NCBI GenBank assembly: GCA_963823665.1
Contig: CAWGMQ010000004.1
Location: 1,504,001 to 1,568,000, forward strand
Reading direction: 5' to 3'
Source of the DNA: an uncultured Planctomycetota bacterium
GTDB lineage: Bacteria > Planctomycetota > Planctomycetia > Isosphaerales > Isosphaeraceae
DNA length: 64,000 nucleotides
Shown here piece by piece: positions 10,801 through 21,287 of the stretch. Every line of letters begins with the position of its first letter. The stretch's first letter is position 1. A program made the position numbers and the translations under genes. The notes under the pieces are model-generated. The model was given only the letters and a program-made list of their open reading frames with translations, had not been told where the DNA came from and searched no databases.

Positions 10801-13596
10801 GACCTTCGTCTGGGCCGGCTCGCTGGCGACCGGACAACTTCCGGCTCAGGTGATCGCGGCCGACCTCGGCGGCACAGGCTGGGACGACTTGGTGGTGCGC
10901 AATGCCGGCGACGGCACGCTTTCGATCTACTTCAATGTCGCGCGATAAGACCGGTTCTGGTCCCACGTCCATCGGACCAAGAGCGACCGGAAACCAACTC
11001 TTTGGCTTTCCGATCACGCTTTCCGCGGGCATCGGCGTTTCCGATGTGCAAGCCGTCGATACGACTGGAGATGGCCGGCTGGATCTGGTGGTCACGAACG
11101 AGCTGACAGGCCAGGTGAGCGTCTTGCTCAATCTGGGCGGCGGCAAATTCGCGGCCCCCGTTCCCTATCGCGCCGGGACCGGCTTGTCCGCCGTCGATCC
11201 CGGCAGCACGCCCGAGATCACCAGCCTGGATGCGACGGCGGGCGCGGCCGCGGGATCGTTCACGACCGGCGGCCCGACCGACCTCGTCACGATCAATCCC
11301 GGCTGGGATTCGCTCGATGTCCTCGCCGGGCTCGGCGACGGCCGCTTCGCCAATCCCACCGCAATCAAGACCCAAGGTCCAGCCCAAGTCGTCCGCGTGG
11401 CCGACTTCAATCACGACGGCATTCCAGACCTGGCCGTTCTCACCGCCGATGGTTTGAGCATCTATCTCGGCAACGGGAAAGGCGGCTTCTCTTCGCCAGT
11501 GACCTATCCCGTGCCCGACGGGTCCTCGGGCTTGACTGTCGCTGACGTCAATCACACCGGCAATCTCGACCTGCTCGTTGGCGATGCGTTCGGCGACGTG
11601 CTGGTGCTGCTGGGCAACGGCTACGGCACGTTTCAGCCTTACCACGAGGCCGACCAGTCCATCGAGCTGGCAGTGGCTGACCTCAGCGGCAATGGCTCGA
11701 AGGATATTATCTATGCCGACCAAAGTCTTGACCGCGTCGTCGTCGACTACGGCGCCGGCAATTCGACCGTACTGGCCAATCTGTCCACCGGCTTGTTGAA
11801 TCCCGGCGCCGTGGCGCTGGCCGACCTGAACGGCGACGGCATCCCGGACCTGATCGTCGCCAACAGCGGCAGCAATAACGTGCTGATTTACCAAGGGCTG
11901 GGCAACGGCCAGTTCGGGCCGGCGGTCAACGGCGGGAGTGGCTACTTTGTGGGCACCAATCCCGTGGGGATCACCGTGGCCAACCTCACGGGCGCCTTGC
12001 CCGACCTCGTTGTGGCGGATAAGGGCTCGAACGACGTTGCAATCCTTCTCAACCAGGGGAACTTCAGCTTCACGCACGGGCCACGAGTCGATTCCGGCGG
12101 CGTCGGCCCGGTCTCGACGATCGTCGGCGAGTTCACGGCCGGCAGTACCATCCCGGACATCCTGGTCACCAACAGCGGTTCCGACAATGTCACGCTGCTG
12201 AAGGGTGTCGGCGGCGGGTTTTTCAAACCCGCGATCACCTCTCCATTCTCCGTTGGAGTTGACCCGGGGCAAAGCTTCGTCGGAAACTTCGACGGCACGG
12301 CCGGCCTGTTGACGGTGAATGCTGGGTCGAACGACCTGACGCTCATCTCTGGCTTCAACGGTCCGGATCCGGTGACCACGACCATTTCTTCCGGTGGCCT
12401 GGACCCAGCGACGGCCTTTGCATTTGAATCGACCAGCGGCTTCGAGGACCTGGTCGTGGGCAACACCGGCGATGGCGTGCTGGCCCTCTTCGAAGGAGGC
12501 CAGGACGGGTTGAGTCTCATGTCGGCGCAGGTTGAGCCCGACCTTCCAAGCCCGACCGCGCTCGCTTTCTCGGCCCTCACCGGCGGAGAGATCCAGTTCT
12601 ACGCTGCCACGGCCGGCCGCGAGGCGGCGGATCTGGTGTCGCTCAATCTCGCGGCCGACACCTCATTTCAGGTCGCGTTGCCGGGCCCGTCGGACACCTT
12701 TGCGCAGCTCGTGTCGTTCGAGGGATCATCCGTCCCACTGGTGGCAACCGTGCTGACGCTGACGATCGAGGTCTCGGCTAACGAGCTGAATTCTCAACTC
12801 GAAGGCGTCGAGAACGGTGGAACCGGCGCGTTCCTGGCCGGTAGTGGGATCACGGTCGGCCAGGGCCTTTCATCCGCGGGGCGGGGGGAAGCCTCGGGCG
12901 CCGGTGGTTGCTGAGGAACTAACGCCCGGCGGTGCGGGCGCGGGTGTCGGTCAGGCGCCGGCGTTGCCGTGGGAGCGGTTCGTGTTGGGATTGGACCAGG
13001 TGCTCGAGCGGTTCTTGCGTGAAAATCCGAACGGACTCTCGGGCGCTCTCGATCGGTCGGATCGTCCGGATACCTCGGCGACGCCGAAGTCCCCTGGATC
13101 GGGCAACCCAATGGGATCGCCATCAGCCCCGGCTCCGCCTGCGCAAAGCGGCGGCCACGACGGGGATCAAGGCTCGAGCGCAGACGAAACGTCGAAAGCC
13201 GTCGACTGCGTCATTGAGTCGCTCTGGGGGGAAGACAGTTCGAGTGGCGTCAGCGGGCAATCCACCTCCGGATGGGGACTCGCTCGCGAGGCGACCTATG
13301 GCGCCGTCGCGGAGTTTCGGGTGGTTCCTTCCCTGGAGAGGGCGTCGCCGCCGTGCGACTCGACCTGGGAAACCGGCGGCTTCGGCGATCGGCGTCGTGC
13401 GATCAGGCTGCCTCTGCACGGGCCAGGGAAGGACGAACCGAGCCTGGCCGCGCCGGTGGCTTTCGTCGTGCTCGCGCACGCATGGGCACAGTCGCGGGTT
13501 GTGAGTCGGGTGAGTGGGGCTCGGATTCCGTTAGTGCTGATCGAGACGGGAGAGCGGGTGAATCTGCAAAACGAAACCGTGGAAGGCGAGCGGTAG
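4877..13596 (+). CDS. Giant extracellular beta-helix / FG-GAP repeat protein (~2,900 aa), split by apparent frameshifts near 10940 and 12900
   Basis: N-terminal FRPRVEVVEDRTLLS motif; GNxIGTDxTG beta-helix repeats; 14 consecutive xxGDFNGDGxLDLAV..GNGDGTF repeats (8410-10520) plus further ones. ORFs 4877-10948, 10902-12914 and 12817-13596 overlap and continue the same domain style. Start uncertain. Confidence 0.8.
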
Positions 13597-13670
13597 CCCG
13601 AGGCGGCAGTTTTGATTTTGCGGGGCATCGCGCGGCGAGTTCCAAACACTTGACCACCCAAATGTGAGTG

Positions 13671-13790
13671 CGTGGTTCGGACGGGGTGCAGGTCCTCCTC
13701 GCTCGTGCGTAAGCTCCATCCTCCAAGGCGGTCGCACTCACGTGCGAGGTTGGAGGTTCCCCGTCCGAACCACGGTCTCACGACCGTGGT
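13671..13790. repeat. Palindromic REP/MITE-like element: 16-bp perfect inverted repeat plus an overlapping 9-bp hairpin
   Basis: CGTGGTTCGGACGGGG (13671-13686) / CCCCGTCCGAACCACG (13759-13774); ACCACGGTC-TCAC-GACCGTGGT (13769-13790). Confidence 0.65.
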
Positions 13791-13975
13791 CACGCGCTGG
13801 TGATTCGCCATGATGCCAGAGGGTCGACTCTTTGCCGACCGCGGTTGGACGTGATAAGTTGGATGATCGGCGGCGCGGTCGCATTTCTTTTCTTCGCGGT
13901 TTCGACCGATTGTCGATTACCAGGTCCATGAATTCCGGACCATGATTTTCCTCGCGCCGCCGGTTGAGCGGGGGT

Positions 13976-14578
13976 ATGCCGATGCCGGAGGGCCGCGAGA
14001 CTGACACGTCGCTCACCGTGCTCGAGCGGCTGCGGCGCGATCCTGATGACCCGGAGGCGTGGCGGCTCTTTCTTGAGAAGTATCAGCCGCGGATTCGGCG
14101 CTGGTGCGTTACCTGGGGCTTGCAGGATTCGGACGCGGATGACGTCACCCAGGAGGTGCTGGTCAAGCTCTTTGCTGCCCTCCGCAAATTTCAGTATGAC
14201 CCGAGCCGCAGCTTTCGGGCTTGGCTGAAGACCGTCGCCCAGCATGCCTGGAGCGACTTCGTCTCGGCCCGGCGCAGGCATCCGGGCCAGCCTCTTTCCG
14301 GCGCCGACACGCTGGCCGATTCAGCCGAGGCGCACTCGGATCTGGAAAAACAGCTCGAGGAAGGGATCAATCACGAGCTGTTCGAGATGGCCATGAACTG
14401 CGTCAAGCATCGGGTGCAGCCGGCGACCTGGCAGGCGTTTCACCTGACCGCGATCGAGGGACTTTCTGGGGTCGCCGCCGCGGCCAAGCTCCAGATTCCT
14501 GTGGGAAATGTCTTTGTCGCCAAGCACCGGGTCCAGAAGATGCTTCAGGAGGAAGTGCTTTTGCTGAAGAAAGAGTGA
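13976..14578 (+). CDS. ECF-type RNA polymerase sigma-70 factor (planctomycete kinase-associated type)
   Basis: TSLTVLERLR..D.EAW..F...Y.P.IRRWC; region 2 DADDVTQEVL..L...FQYD..SFRAWL; region 4 TWQAFHLTAIEG..AAAKL....GNVFVAKHRV. Alternative ATG at 13982. Confidence 0.9.
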   Translation: MPMPEGRETDTSLTVLERLRRDPDDPEAWRLFLEKYQPRIRRWCVTWGLQDSDADDVTQEVLVKLFAALRKFQYDPSRSFRAWLKTVAQHAWSDFVSARRRHPGQPLSGADTLADSAEAHSDLEKQLEEGINHELFEMAMNCVKHRVQPATWQAFHLTAIEGLSGVAAAAKLQIPVGNVFVAKHRVQKMLQEEVLLLKKE

Positions 14579-14580
14579 AT

Positions 14581-14604
14581 TTGTCAGTTGTCAGTTGTCA
14601 GTTG
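14581..14604. repeat. Heptamer tandem repeat (TTGTCAG)x3 just after the sigma stop codon (STRR-like)
   Basis: ttgtcagttgtcagttgtcagttg. Confidence 0.7.
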
Positions 14605-14677
14605 ATGAAAGGCAGGGCGAACACCGACGATCGGTCGTATCCTGACTCGAAACACGGTAACGACGGGCTCGACGAAT

Positions 14678-14700
14678 CGGTATGATAAATCGTCATACCG
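14678..14700 (+). promoter_or_regulatory. Antitoxin autoregulatory operator CGGTATGA-N7-TCATACCG overlapping a TATGAT -10 box
   Basis: 8-bp perfect arms directly upstream of the GGAGG SD and ATG 14711 of an RHH gene. Confidence 0.65.
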
Positions 14701-14710
14701 GAGGTACGTC

Positions 14711-14953
14711 ATGGCAACGACAAAAGTCGCGATCTCGCTGGATACGGAATTGCTGCATCAACTTGACCGACTGGTGGCTGAGCGGGTGTTTCCCAATCGG
14801 AGTCAGGCCGTGCAAGACGCGATACGCGACAAGCTCGACCGACTGGTGCGCACCCGATTGGCTCGTGAATGCGCGAAGCTCGACGTACATTCCGAGCGCG
14901 AGCTGGCCGACGAGAACCTCGCGAAGGATGCAGATGAATGGCCGGAATACTGA
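14711..14953 (+). CDS. Ribbon-helix-helix (CopG-like) antitoxin of a MazEF/PemIK-type pair
   Basis: KVAISLD..LL..LD.LV....NRSQAVQDAI RHH signature; acidic C-terminus ending EWPEY; 80 aa. Confidence 0.85.
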   Translation: MATTKVAISLDTELLHQLDRLVAERVFPNRSQAVQDAIRDKLDRLVRTRLARECAKLDVHSERELADENLAKDADEWPEY

Positions 14954-14970
14954 GGGGTGAAAATCGCACA
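14938..14970 (+). pseudogene. 5' stub of a PemK/MazF toxin (MAGILRGE...), truncated
   Basis: ATG overlaps the antitoxin 3' end; xILRGE is typical of the MazF N-terminus; similarity stops at the convergent MMPL stop (14973). Confidence 0.6.
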
Positions 14971-14972
14971 AT

Positions 14973-17369
14973 TCACCCGCGCGCTGGGACCGGCAGCCTT
15001 CGGCGCTTTTGGTTTTCGAGCCAGCGATTGCCGAGGGTGAGGCACGCCGGGAGCAGGATCAGATTGCCGAGGGTGCTGCCGGCGGTGGCGATGCCGACCA
15101 TGGTTCCGAAATTCACGAAGGGCTCGAATTCGCTGGCCCGGAGCGCGGCGAATCCGACGGCCACGGCGATGCTCGAGAGCAACACGCCGGCACCGCTCAC
15201 GCGGTAGCTGTCGAACAAACGCCGGCGAAACCGCATTGTCTTGGCATCGCGGTGGAACTGGAGCAGGCAGTGGAATGTGTCGTCCACCGAGAGCCCGAGT
15301 GCCACGCTGGCGACCAGGGCCGTCGTCATGTCGAGCTTGATCCGCAGCCAGCCCATCAGGCCCAGCACGAGCACCACCGAGAGCAGTGTCGGCACGATCG
15401 CCAGCACGGCGAGTGAAACGCTGCGGAACGCGAGCGTCAGCATGATCAGAATGCCCACCGCCGAAAAGAAGAATGTGCCCCACTGAGTGGCGATGATGGC
15501 CTGCGTGGTCCGGGTCATCAAGACCGAGAGACCGGTCAAGTAGGTGGAGGGGCCGAAATGCTCGGCGCCGATCTCGGTGGCGAGGCGGAAGATCTTGTCC
15601 TTGTCGGGAGCCGACTGCTGTTCCTTCAGGCGAACCATCAGTCTGGATTCGCCGGTTTGTTCGTTCCAGAAGCTGCGGATCAAATCGCCCTGGGGCGACG
15701 CGGCGATCAAGTCGAGCTTGTCGGCAATGAGCTGGTCTGCACGGTCGGCGGGCAATGCACTCAGCCGGCCGTCGGGGTCGAGCACGGTCGCGAGCGAGAG
15801 TGCCTGGGCGACGCCTTCGTGGTCGGCAACCTGGATTTGCTTGATTCGATCTTCGACGGCTTTGAGCTCGGCCAGCGTGCGAGCCTTGATCGACTTGCCG
15901 ATCGGAACGACGAGCTCGACGACGCCGATGCCTCCGAGCCTCGATTCGACCGTGTGGTAATCGCGCACGACACGGGTCTCGGGCCGGAACAGATTGATGT
16001 AGTTGGTCTCGTAGGTCAGCCGAACCAGCCCGCACGCGAGCGGGACCACAACGGCGAGCACCGTGACGACGATCATTCGCGGGCGTTGATAGACCCAGAG
16101 GACGAGCCGGTTCATGAATGCGGCCACGCGCGACTGCGAGCCGTAACGCACGGCGATCTCCATGCGGAATGGCGGCAACATGGCGATCGGTGAGATGACC
16201 ATGACCAGGAGCGCGGCGGCAAATGTGCAGGTTCCCAGGATCGCGCCGAACTGGCGGATCGGCATCACCTTGCTGGTGACGAGCGCGCCATATCCGATCG
16301 CGCCGGTCAATGCCGTCCAGAAGATCGGGGCGGCGACGGAGCCGAGCGTGGCCAAGGCGGCGCGGTGGGGATCAGCCTCGCGGCGGCGGTCGTCGCGGAA
16401 GTGGACGGCAAGATGGCTGGCCGCGGGCATTGTGAGGACGATGATCTGGGCGACCAGCGGACCGCCCGAAAGCGAGAGCTTGATGTTGAAGGTCGCGAGG
16501 ACCGCCTCGGTGGCGAGCCAGATGGCCCAGCCCGCGAGCATGGGGACGATTGCCCACCAGAGACTGTGCACGGCCGAGAGGGTGACAACGCCGATCAAGA
16601 TCATGCCCACGACCGCCAGGCGGCGGCCGTCGACCTCGATTGCGGAAAACCCGTCGGCCAGGAGCACCGGCGGGCCGACGACCGCAGGCTGGGGGAGGCC
16701 GTGCCGGGCGGCGAATTCGCCCGAGATCCGGCGCAGATCAGTGGTTGTGCCAATGACGTTGTGCTGGGCTGTCTTCTTCAAGCGGACGACCACGGCTGTG
16801 GCGGCGCCGGCCTTATCAATCAAGGTTCCCAGAATGAGCGGATGACGAGTGAGGCGATCCTTGATCGCAGCGAGCTGGCCCGGCGTTCTGGCGGCGCGCA
16901 CCGCACCCCCGACCGTCATCGAGCCCGATTTCAGGTCGATATTCTTGACCGTGCGCTTCGCGGCATTCTTGGCGAGGTTGCGGGCAAACGCCGGGAGCCG
17001 ATCGAGCGCGAGCATGGCGTCGTCGATCGCCCAGAGGAGCGGCATGGCATCGATCGATTCGACTCGCTGCACGCCATTCATGTGGTCGGGCCCGAGGGCC
17101 GCAGCCAGCTCGCTCACCCGGTCCATGCCCTCGGGTGAGAGCAAGGCTGGGTCGTCGTAGACCACGAACGCGAAGTTGTCGTCGCCGAACGTGGCGGCCG
17201 CTTTTTGATACACGGCCATGTCCGGATCGTCATCGGCGAAGAAGGAGGCGATCGACTGGTCGTAAGTGACGCGCTTTCCCGTCCACGCGAGAAACACGAG
17301 CAGGACGACGACCGTCGAAAACGTGACGTATCGCGCCTGGAACAGCAATCGCATGAGAGAGTGAGCCAT
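14973..17369 (-). CDS. MMPL/RND family transporter
   Basis: Two TM bundles with periplasmic loops; LGLSVDDTFH, SEFEPFVNFG; start overlaps the upstream stop (TAATG). Confidence 0.88.
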   Translation of the reverse strand: MAHSLMRLLFQARYVTFSTVVVLLVFLAWTGKRVTYDQSIASFFADDDPDMAVYQKAAATFGDDNFAFVVYDDPALLSPEGMDRVSELAAALGPDHMNGVQRVESIDAMPLLWAIDDAMLALDRLPAFARNLAKNAAKRTVKNIDLKSGSMTVGGAVRAARTPGQLAAIKDRLTRHPLILGTLIDKAGAATAVVVRLKKTAQHNVIGTTTDLRRISGEFAARHGLPQPAVVGPPVLLADGFSAIEVDGRRLAVVGMILIGVVTLSAVHSLWWAIVPMLAGWAIWLATEAVLATFNIKLSLSGGPLVAQIIVLTMPAASHLAVHFRDDRRREADPHRAALATLGSVAAPIFWTALTGAIGYGALVTSKVMPIRQFGAILGTCTFAAALLVMVISPIAMLPPFRMEIAVRYGSQSRVAAFMNRLVLWVYQRPRMIVVTVLAVVVPLACGLVRLTYETNYINLFRPETRVVRDYHTVESRLGGIGVVELVVPIGKSIKARTLAELKAVEDRIKQIQVADHEGVAQALSLATVLDPDGRLSALPADRADQLIADKLDLIAASPQGDLIRSFWNEQTGESRLMVRLKEQQSAPDKDKIFRLATEIGAEHFGPSTYLTGLSVLMTRTTQAIIATQWGTFFFSAVGILIMLTLAFRSVSLAVLAIVPTLLSVVLVLGLMGWLRIKLDMTTALVASVALGLSVDDTFHCLLQFHRDAKTMRFRRRLFDSYRVSGAGVLLSSIAVAVGFAALRASEFEPFVNFGTMVGIATAGSTLGNLILLPACLTLGNRWLENQKRRRLPVPARG

Positions 17370-18860
17370 TATTTGAAACCAGGCAGAAACGTCTTGAGAC
17401 TCTCGAGCAAACCGGGAAGTTGGCCGTAGGTGCTGTAGATGGCGACAGCCGAGATCGAGAAAAAGGCGATCCAGGTCAAGATATCGGAGAGGAAGGATGG
17501 GCCGACCCGGCGGTCGGTGTCACGCTGGCGCAGGTAGAGCGTCGCACCGGCAATGAAGGGGAGCAAGAGTGCCTGAGCGGTTCCACCGGCCATGATCAAG
17601 CCTTTCGGCTCGCGGAAGGCGTAGTAAATGCCCAAGGAAAGCGTGGGATAGAGTACGCAGAAGAACTTGACCAGGCGGTCGCGCACGACCGGCCCCGCCG
17701 ATTTCCAGAAACCGATCTGGTGGAGAAAGTCGGCCGTGAGCCGGCTGTTGGCCGCCGTGGCGACGTAGAGCGTCTTGAAGAGCACTGCCCAGGCTCCCAG
17801 CAAGAAAGCCCACGCGAGAGAACGGTGCGAGCCACGATAGGGGCGTACCCGTGAGCGGATCCAGATAGAGCAGCGACAAGGTCTTCAGCATCTCGGGGCC
17901 CTTGGGATCGAGGCGCTGCGGATGCAGCACTGCGGCGCCCAGGAAGTAGAAGGCAACCGTCGCCACGGTGAAGACGATCATGCTGAACCAGGCGTCGAGC
18001 TGCATGACGCGCGTCCACCCTCGAGCGCGACGGGCCCAGGCTTCGTCTTCGCTCCTGACGCCGGTGAAGCGTGCGTAACCCTTCTCGATGCACCAGTACG
18101 GGTAGGCGAAGAGCTCGGACGCGCCGACGCCCGTGATCCCGAATGCCGAGAAAGCCAGGATGACCGCCGCCGCGGGAAGCTCGAGCTTGAACCCCTGGGC
18201 GAGATCGGACGTGGTGATTCGAAAGCGGGTCCACTGGAGGATGAGAACGCTTGCGACGGTGAAGAGCGTGACAGCGGCGACCAAGACGGTGGTGATCTTC
18301 TCGAGGCGACGATAGCCTCCGGAGAGAAGCAGCAGAATCGCCGCCAGGGTCGTGATAGCGGCCCAAAAGTGCTCCTGGTGCGACAGCAGATAAGGCTTCC
18401 ATGATTCACCCAGGAAACTGGATGCAGCGGCGATCGGCCCGGCCGCGCCCGGGAAAGCCATGTGAGCTGCCTGGCCGACCGCGCCTTCCATCGCGGCGAT
18501 CTGGGCCTGCGTTGTGAGCATCATGATGAGCCACAGCCAGCAGAGCCAGGAGACACCGGCGCGGGGGCCGGGCAGCGAGTCAAAGGCGGCCAGGGTCGTT
18601 TTGCCGTGGGTGATCGCGTAGCGGCCGAGCTCGACCTGAACAAAGACCTTGATCACACAGGAGAAGACGATCAACCAGAGCAGGCTGAAGCCTGCCTGAG
18701 CACCCAGGCTGGTGGTGTTGATCAACTCACCGGTGCCGACGATCGAGGCGGCCAGGATTAATCCGGGCCCGATCTGCCGGATCGCCTTGGAGAACGAATG
18801 AGGCGGCTCCTTGACGGCGTCGGGGGCAAGTGCATACAGGTCGCGCGTCTCGTCGTTCAT
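17369..18860 (-). CDS. NRAMP-family divalent metal/solute transporter, apparent frameshift near 17805
   Basis: IGPGLILAASIVGTGELI..T.LGA..GF.LLW, ITGVGASEL..YPYWC.EKGY; C-terminal TMs continue in ORF 17369-17803. Confidence 0.82.
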
Positions 18861-19065
18861 TTCGCCCCGGCAAGCGAAACCATGCGGTTTTCAAATCCGG
18901 CCACACGCAGAGCACGATCATCATGGACGCACCTGAAGGCGAGTGTCAAGCATCGCTTTGGGCGGTGCTCGTGCGGGGTGTCGCGGTGCGGCAGAGCGAA
19001 CTGTCCGGCAAAGTGTTAGACTCCTCATTCAGGCACTCGTGTGACATCAATTCAGGGGAGAGGTC

Positions 19066-19824
19066 ATGTCGCAAGTTACGTCGATTCTGGTTACCGGCGC
19101 CGCGGGCCGGATTGGTCGCGCGGCGGTGCGCGAGCTGGCCGGCCGCGGCTTTCGCGTGCGTGCCTTTGACGTGGTGTGTGCCGGCGGGACGGATGACGTG
19201 ATCGTGGGAAGCATCACCGACCCCGAGGTCGTGCGCAGGGCGGTGCAGGGAATCGACGTTCTCATTCATCTCGCCGCGACCCCTGACGACGACGACTTCC
19301 TCGAGAAGCTGGTGCCCAACAATCTCATCGGGGCTTACCACGTGCTCGAAGAGGCACGGCTGGCGGGCGTGCGCAAGATGGTGCTGGCCAGCAGCGGGCA
19401 AGTCGTCTGGTGGCAGCGATTCACGGGTCCGCTGCCGGTCAAGGCCGATGCGCCGCCAAGCCCGCGGGGATGGTACGCGGCCACCAAATTGTTTCAAGAG
19501 GCAGCAGGGAGGGCTTTCGCCGCGCAACACGGTATCACGGTCATTGCCGTCCGGCTGGGCTGGTGCCCGCGCGACCGCGCCGGAGTCGAAGAACTGGGGC
19601 GAACCGAGTGGGGGCCCGACGTCTACTTGAGCCCGGGCGATGCAGGCCGGTTCTTCGCGTGCGCAGTTGAAGCGCCGCTCAATGGCCGCTTCGAGGTCGT
19701 GTATGCAATGAGCCAGTCCCGCAAGCCGGATCATTTACGACCCGAACACCCGCGCGTGAACTGCTCGGTTATGAACCACGCGACACGTGGCCCGATGGAG
19801 TTGAAGACGGACTTTGAGCCGTGA
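19066..19824 (+). CDS. NAD-dependent epimerase/dehydratase (uronate-dehydrogenase-like); probable indel(s) near 19730-19750
   Basis: ILVTGAAGRIG, IHLAA, ASS, YAATK; the expected tail ARELLGYEPRDTW lies in another frame. Confidence 0.85.
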   Translation: MSQVTSILVTGAAGRIGRAAVRELAGRGFRVRAFDVVCAGGTDDVIVGSITDPEVVRRAVQGIDVLIHLAATPDDDDFLEKLVPNNLIGAYHVLEEARLAGVRKMVLASSGQVVWWQRFTGPLPVKADAPPSPRGWYAATKLFQEAAGRAFAAQHGITVIAVRLGWCPRDRAGVEELGRTEWGPDVYLSPGDAGRFFACAVEAPLNGRFEVVYAMSQSRKPDHLRPEHPRVNCSVMNHATRGPMELKTDFEP

Positions 19825-20223
19825 CATCCGTAGGCCCAAATCCCTGATCGCATACGTTGATTAATCTCCCCAATCCACGCCTGCAGGCAACAACGGTCGT
19901 TCCCAGGCCTAGCCTTGAGTGAGTGAAAAACTCGGTCGATCCCCACGTGCCCGAATGGTCGAGGCGGCAATTCAGCCCGCAGTCGAGCGGGCGAAGCGCG
20001 CCGCTCGAATTCGCCAGCTTTGGTCAAGGCAATCGAATTCATGATCGCAGACAAACCGTCGAGAATGCTCTTGATCATGGACCATGCCCGGCGCGGGTTG
20101 CACGGCGAGGGGACAGTGGGAGCGGAATCGAGCTGCCCCCGTTTCGAAGAGTCGCTCACTCCAGTCCGGGAGCTTTCCCGATCGAACGTCGACAGCAGCC
20201 AGGGTTGTCGGCGGTTCTCGGAG

Positions 20224-21249
20224 ATGCTTGACCAAACGATGACGTTGAAGCCGGGTCGCCGGCTCGGTCCGTTCGAGCTGCTCGGGCCGCTGGGGCAGGG
20301 GGGCCAAGGCGAGGTCTGGAAGGCGCGACGTGCTGGGCCGGGCGGCGAGCTGGTGGCACTCAAGGTGCTCAAGCCGGAGCTAGCCCATAATCCGGCACGC
20401 ACAGCCCAGTTTCGCCGCGAGGCCCAGCGCGGACCGCGGCTCAAGGGGCCTTCGCTGCTGGCGGCGAGCGAGCTGTACGAGATCGAAGGCTTTCACTGCA
20501 TGGCAATGTCGTTCGTCGAATGCAAGTCGCTTCGAGACGTGATCAAGTGGCGGATCTCTTTTCGTTCCGGCGAGGAGACAGAGCGACTGCATCCATTCGT
20601 GGGCCTGGCTGAAGCGGAATACCGGCTGGCAATCGCCCGGGTGATCGCCGCGGCGGCAAGGGCGCTCGAAGTGGCTCACCGGGAGCGCATCGTCCATCGC
20701 GACGTCAAGCCGGCAAATCTCCTGATTGACAACCGATCGGAAGCCGGCGTCTATCTGTGCGACTTCGGGCTGGGGCGCGACCTCGACGTCGCGACAACCG
20801 AACAAATGCGCGACGGGGCCGGAACACCGATCTACATGGCACCCGAGCGGCTCTTGCTGCTGGCCGCTGATGAGATCAAGTGTGACATTTACTCGATGGG
20901 TGTGACGCTGTTCGAGGCGCTCTTGCTCGAGAAGCCGTTTCGTGTGCCCGCGCATGTCTGCGGACCGAGCGTCGCGCCTTATCTCGCAACCGTAGAGCCG
21001 AAACCGGTGCGGCGACTCGATCCCGATCTTCCGGACGAGCTCGAGGCCGTCATCACCAGAGCGATGGCGCGCGACCCGGGGAGTCGGTTTGAATCGGCCC
21101 GCGATCTGGCTGATAACCTCGAGCAATTCGTCACCAACAGTCGATCTGACAGGCACCCCGGCGCTCTTGCACGACATTCGCCGTCGACTCTTCGCGGGCC
21201 GCATGCGGCACTCTGGTGCCAAACGGCAACTCGGGGTTGGTCACCTTGA
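20224..21249 (+). CDS. Soluble Ser/Thr protein kinase
   Basis: GQGGQGEVW, VALK, HRDVKPANL, DFG, GTPIYMAPE; no TM. ORF is open from 20020; ATG 20224 follows GGAG closely and ATG 20239 is also possible. Confidence 0.88.
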   Translation: MLDQTMTLKPGRRLGPFELLGPLGQGGQGEVWKARRAGPGGELVALKVLKPELAHNPARTAQFRREAQRGPRLKGPSLLAASELYEIEGFHCMAMSFVECKSLRDVIKWRISFRSGEETERLHPFVGLAEAEYRLAIARVIAAAARALEVAHRERIVHRDVKPANLLIDNRSEAGVYLCDFGLGRDLDVATTEQMRDGAGTPIYMAPERLLLLAADEIKCDIYSMGVTLFEALLLEKPFRVPAHVCGPSVAPYLATVEPKPVRRLDPDLPDELEAVITRAMARDPGSRFESARDLADNLEQFVTNSRSDRHPGALARHSPSTLRGPHAALWCQTATRGWSP

Positions 21250-21287
21250 TTGCGGCGGGCCCGGATGCGTTGGAGCTGACCGAGGCG

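Noticed and set aside
10930..10950. Programmed ribosomal frameshifting in the giant genes
   Set aside because: No slippery heptamer at the junctions, and similar breaks occur in housekeeping genes, which favours sequencing error.
14938..15207. 89-aa ORF as an intact toxin
   Set aside because: Only the first ~8 residues are MazF-like; the rest is antisense of the MMPL gene.
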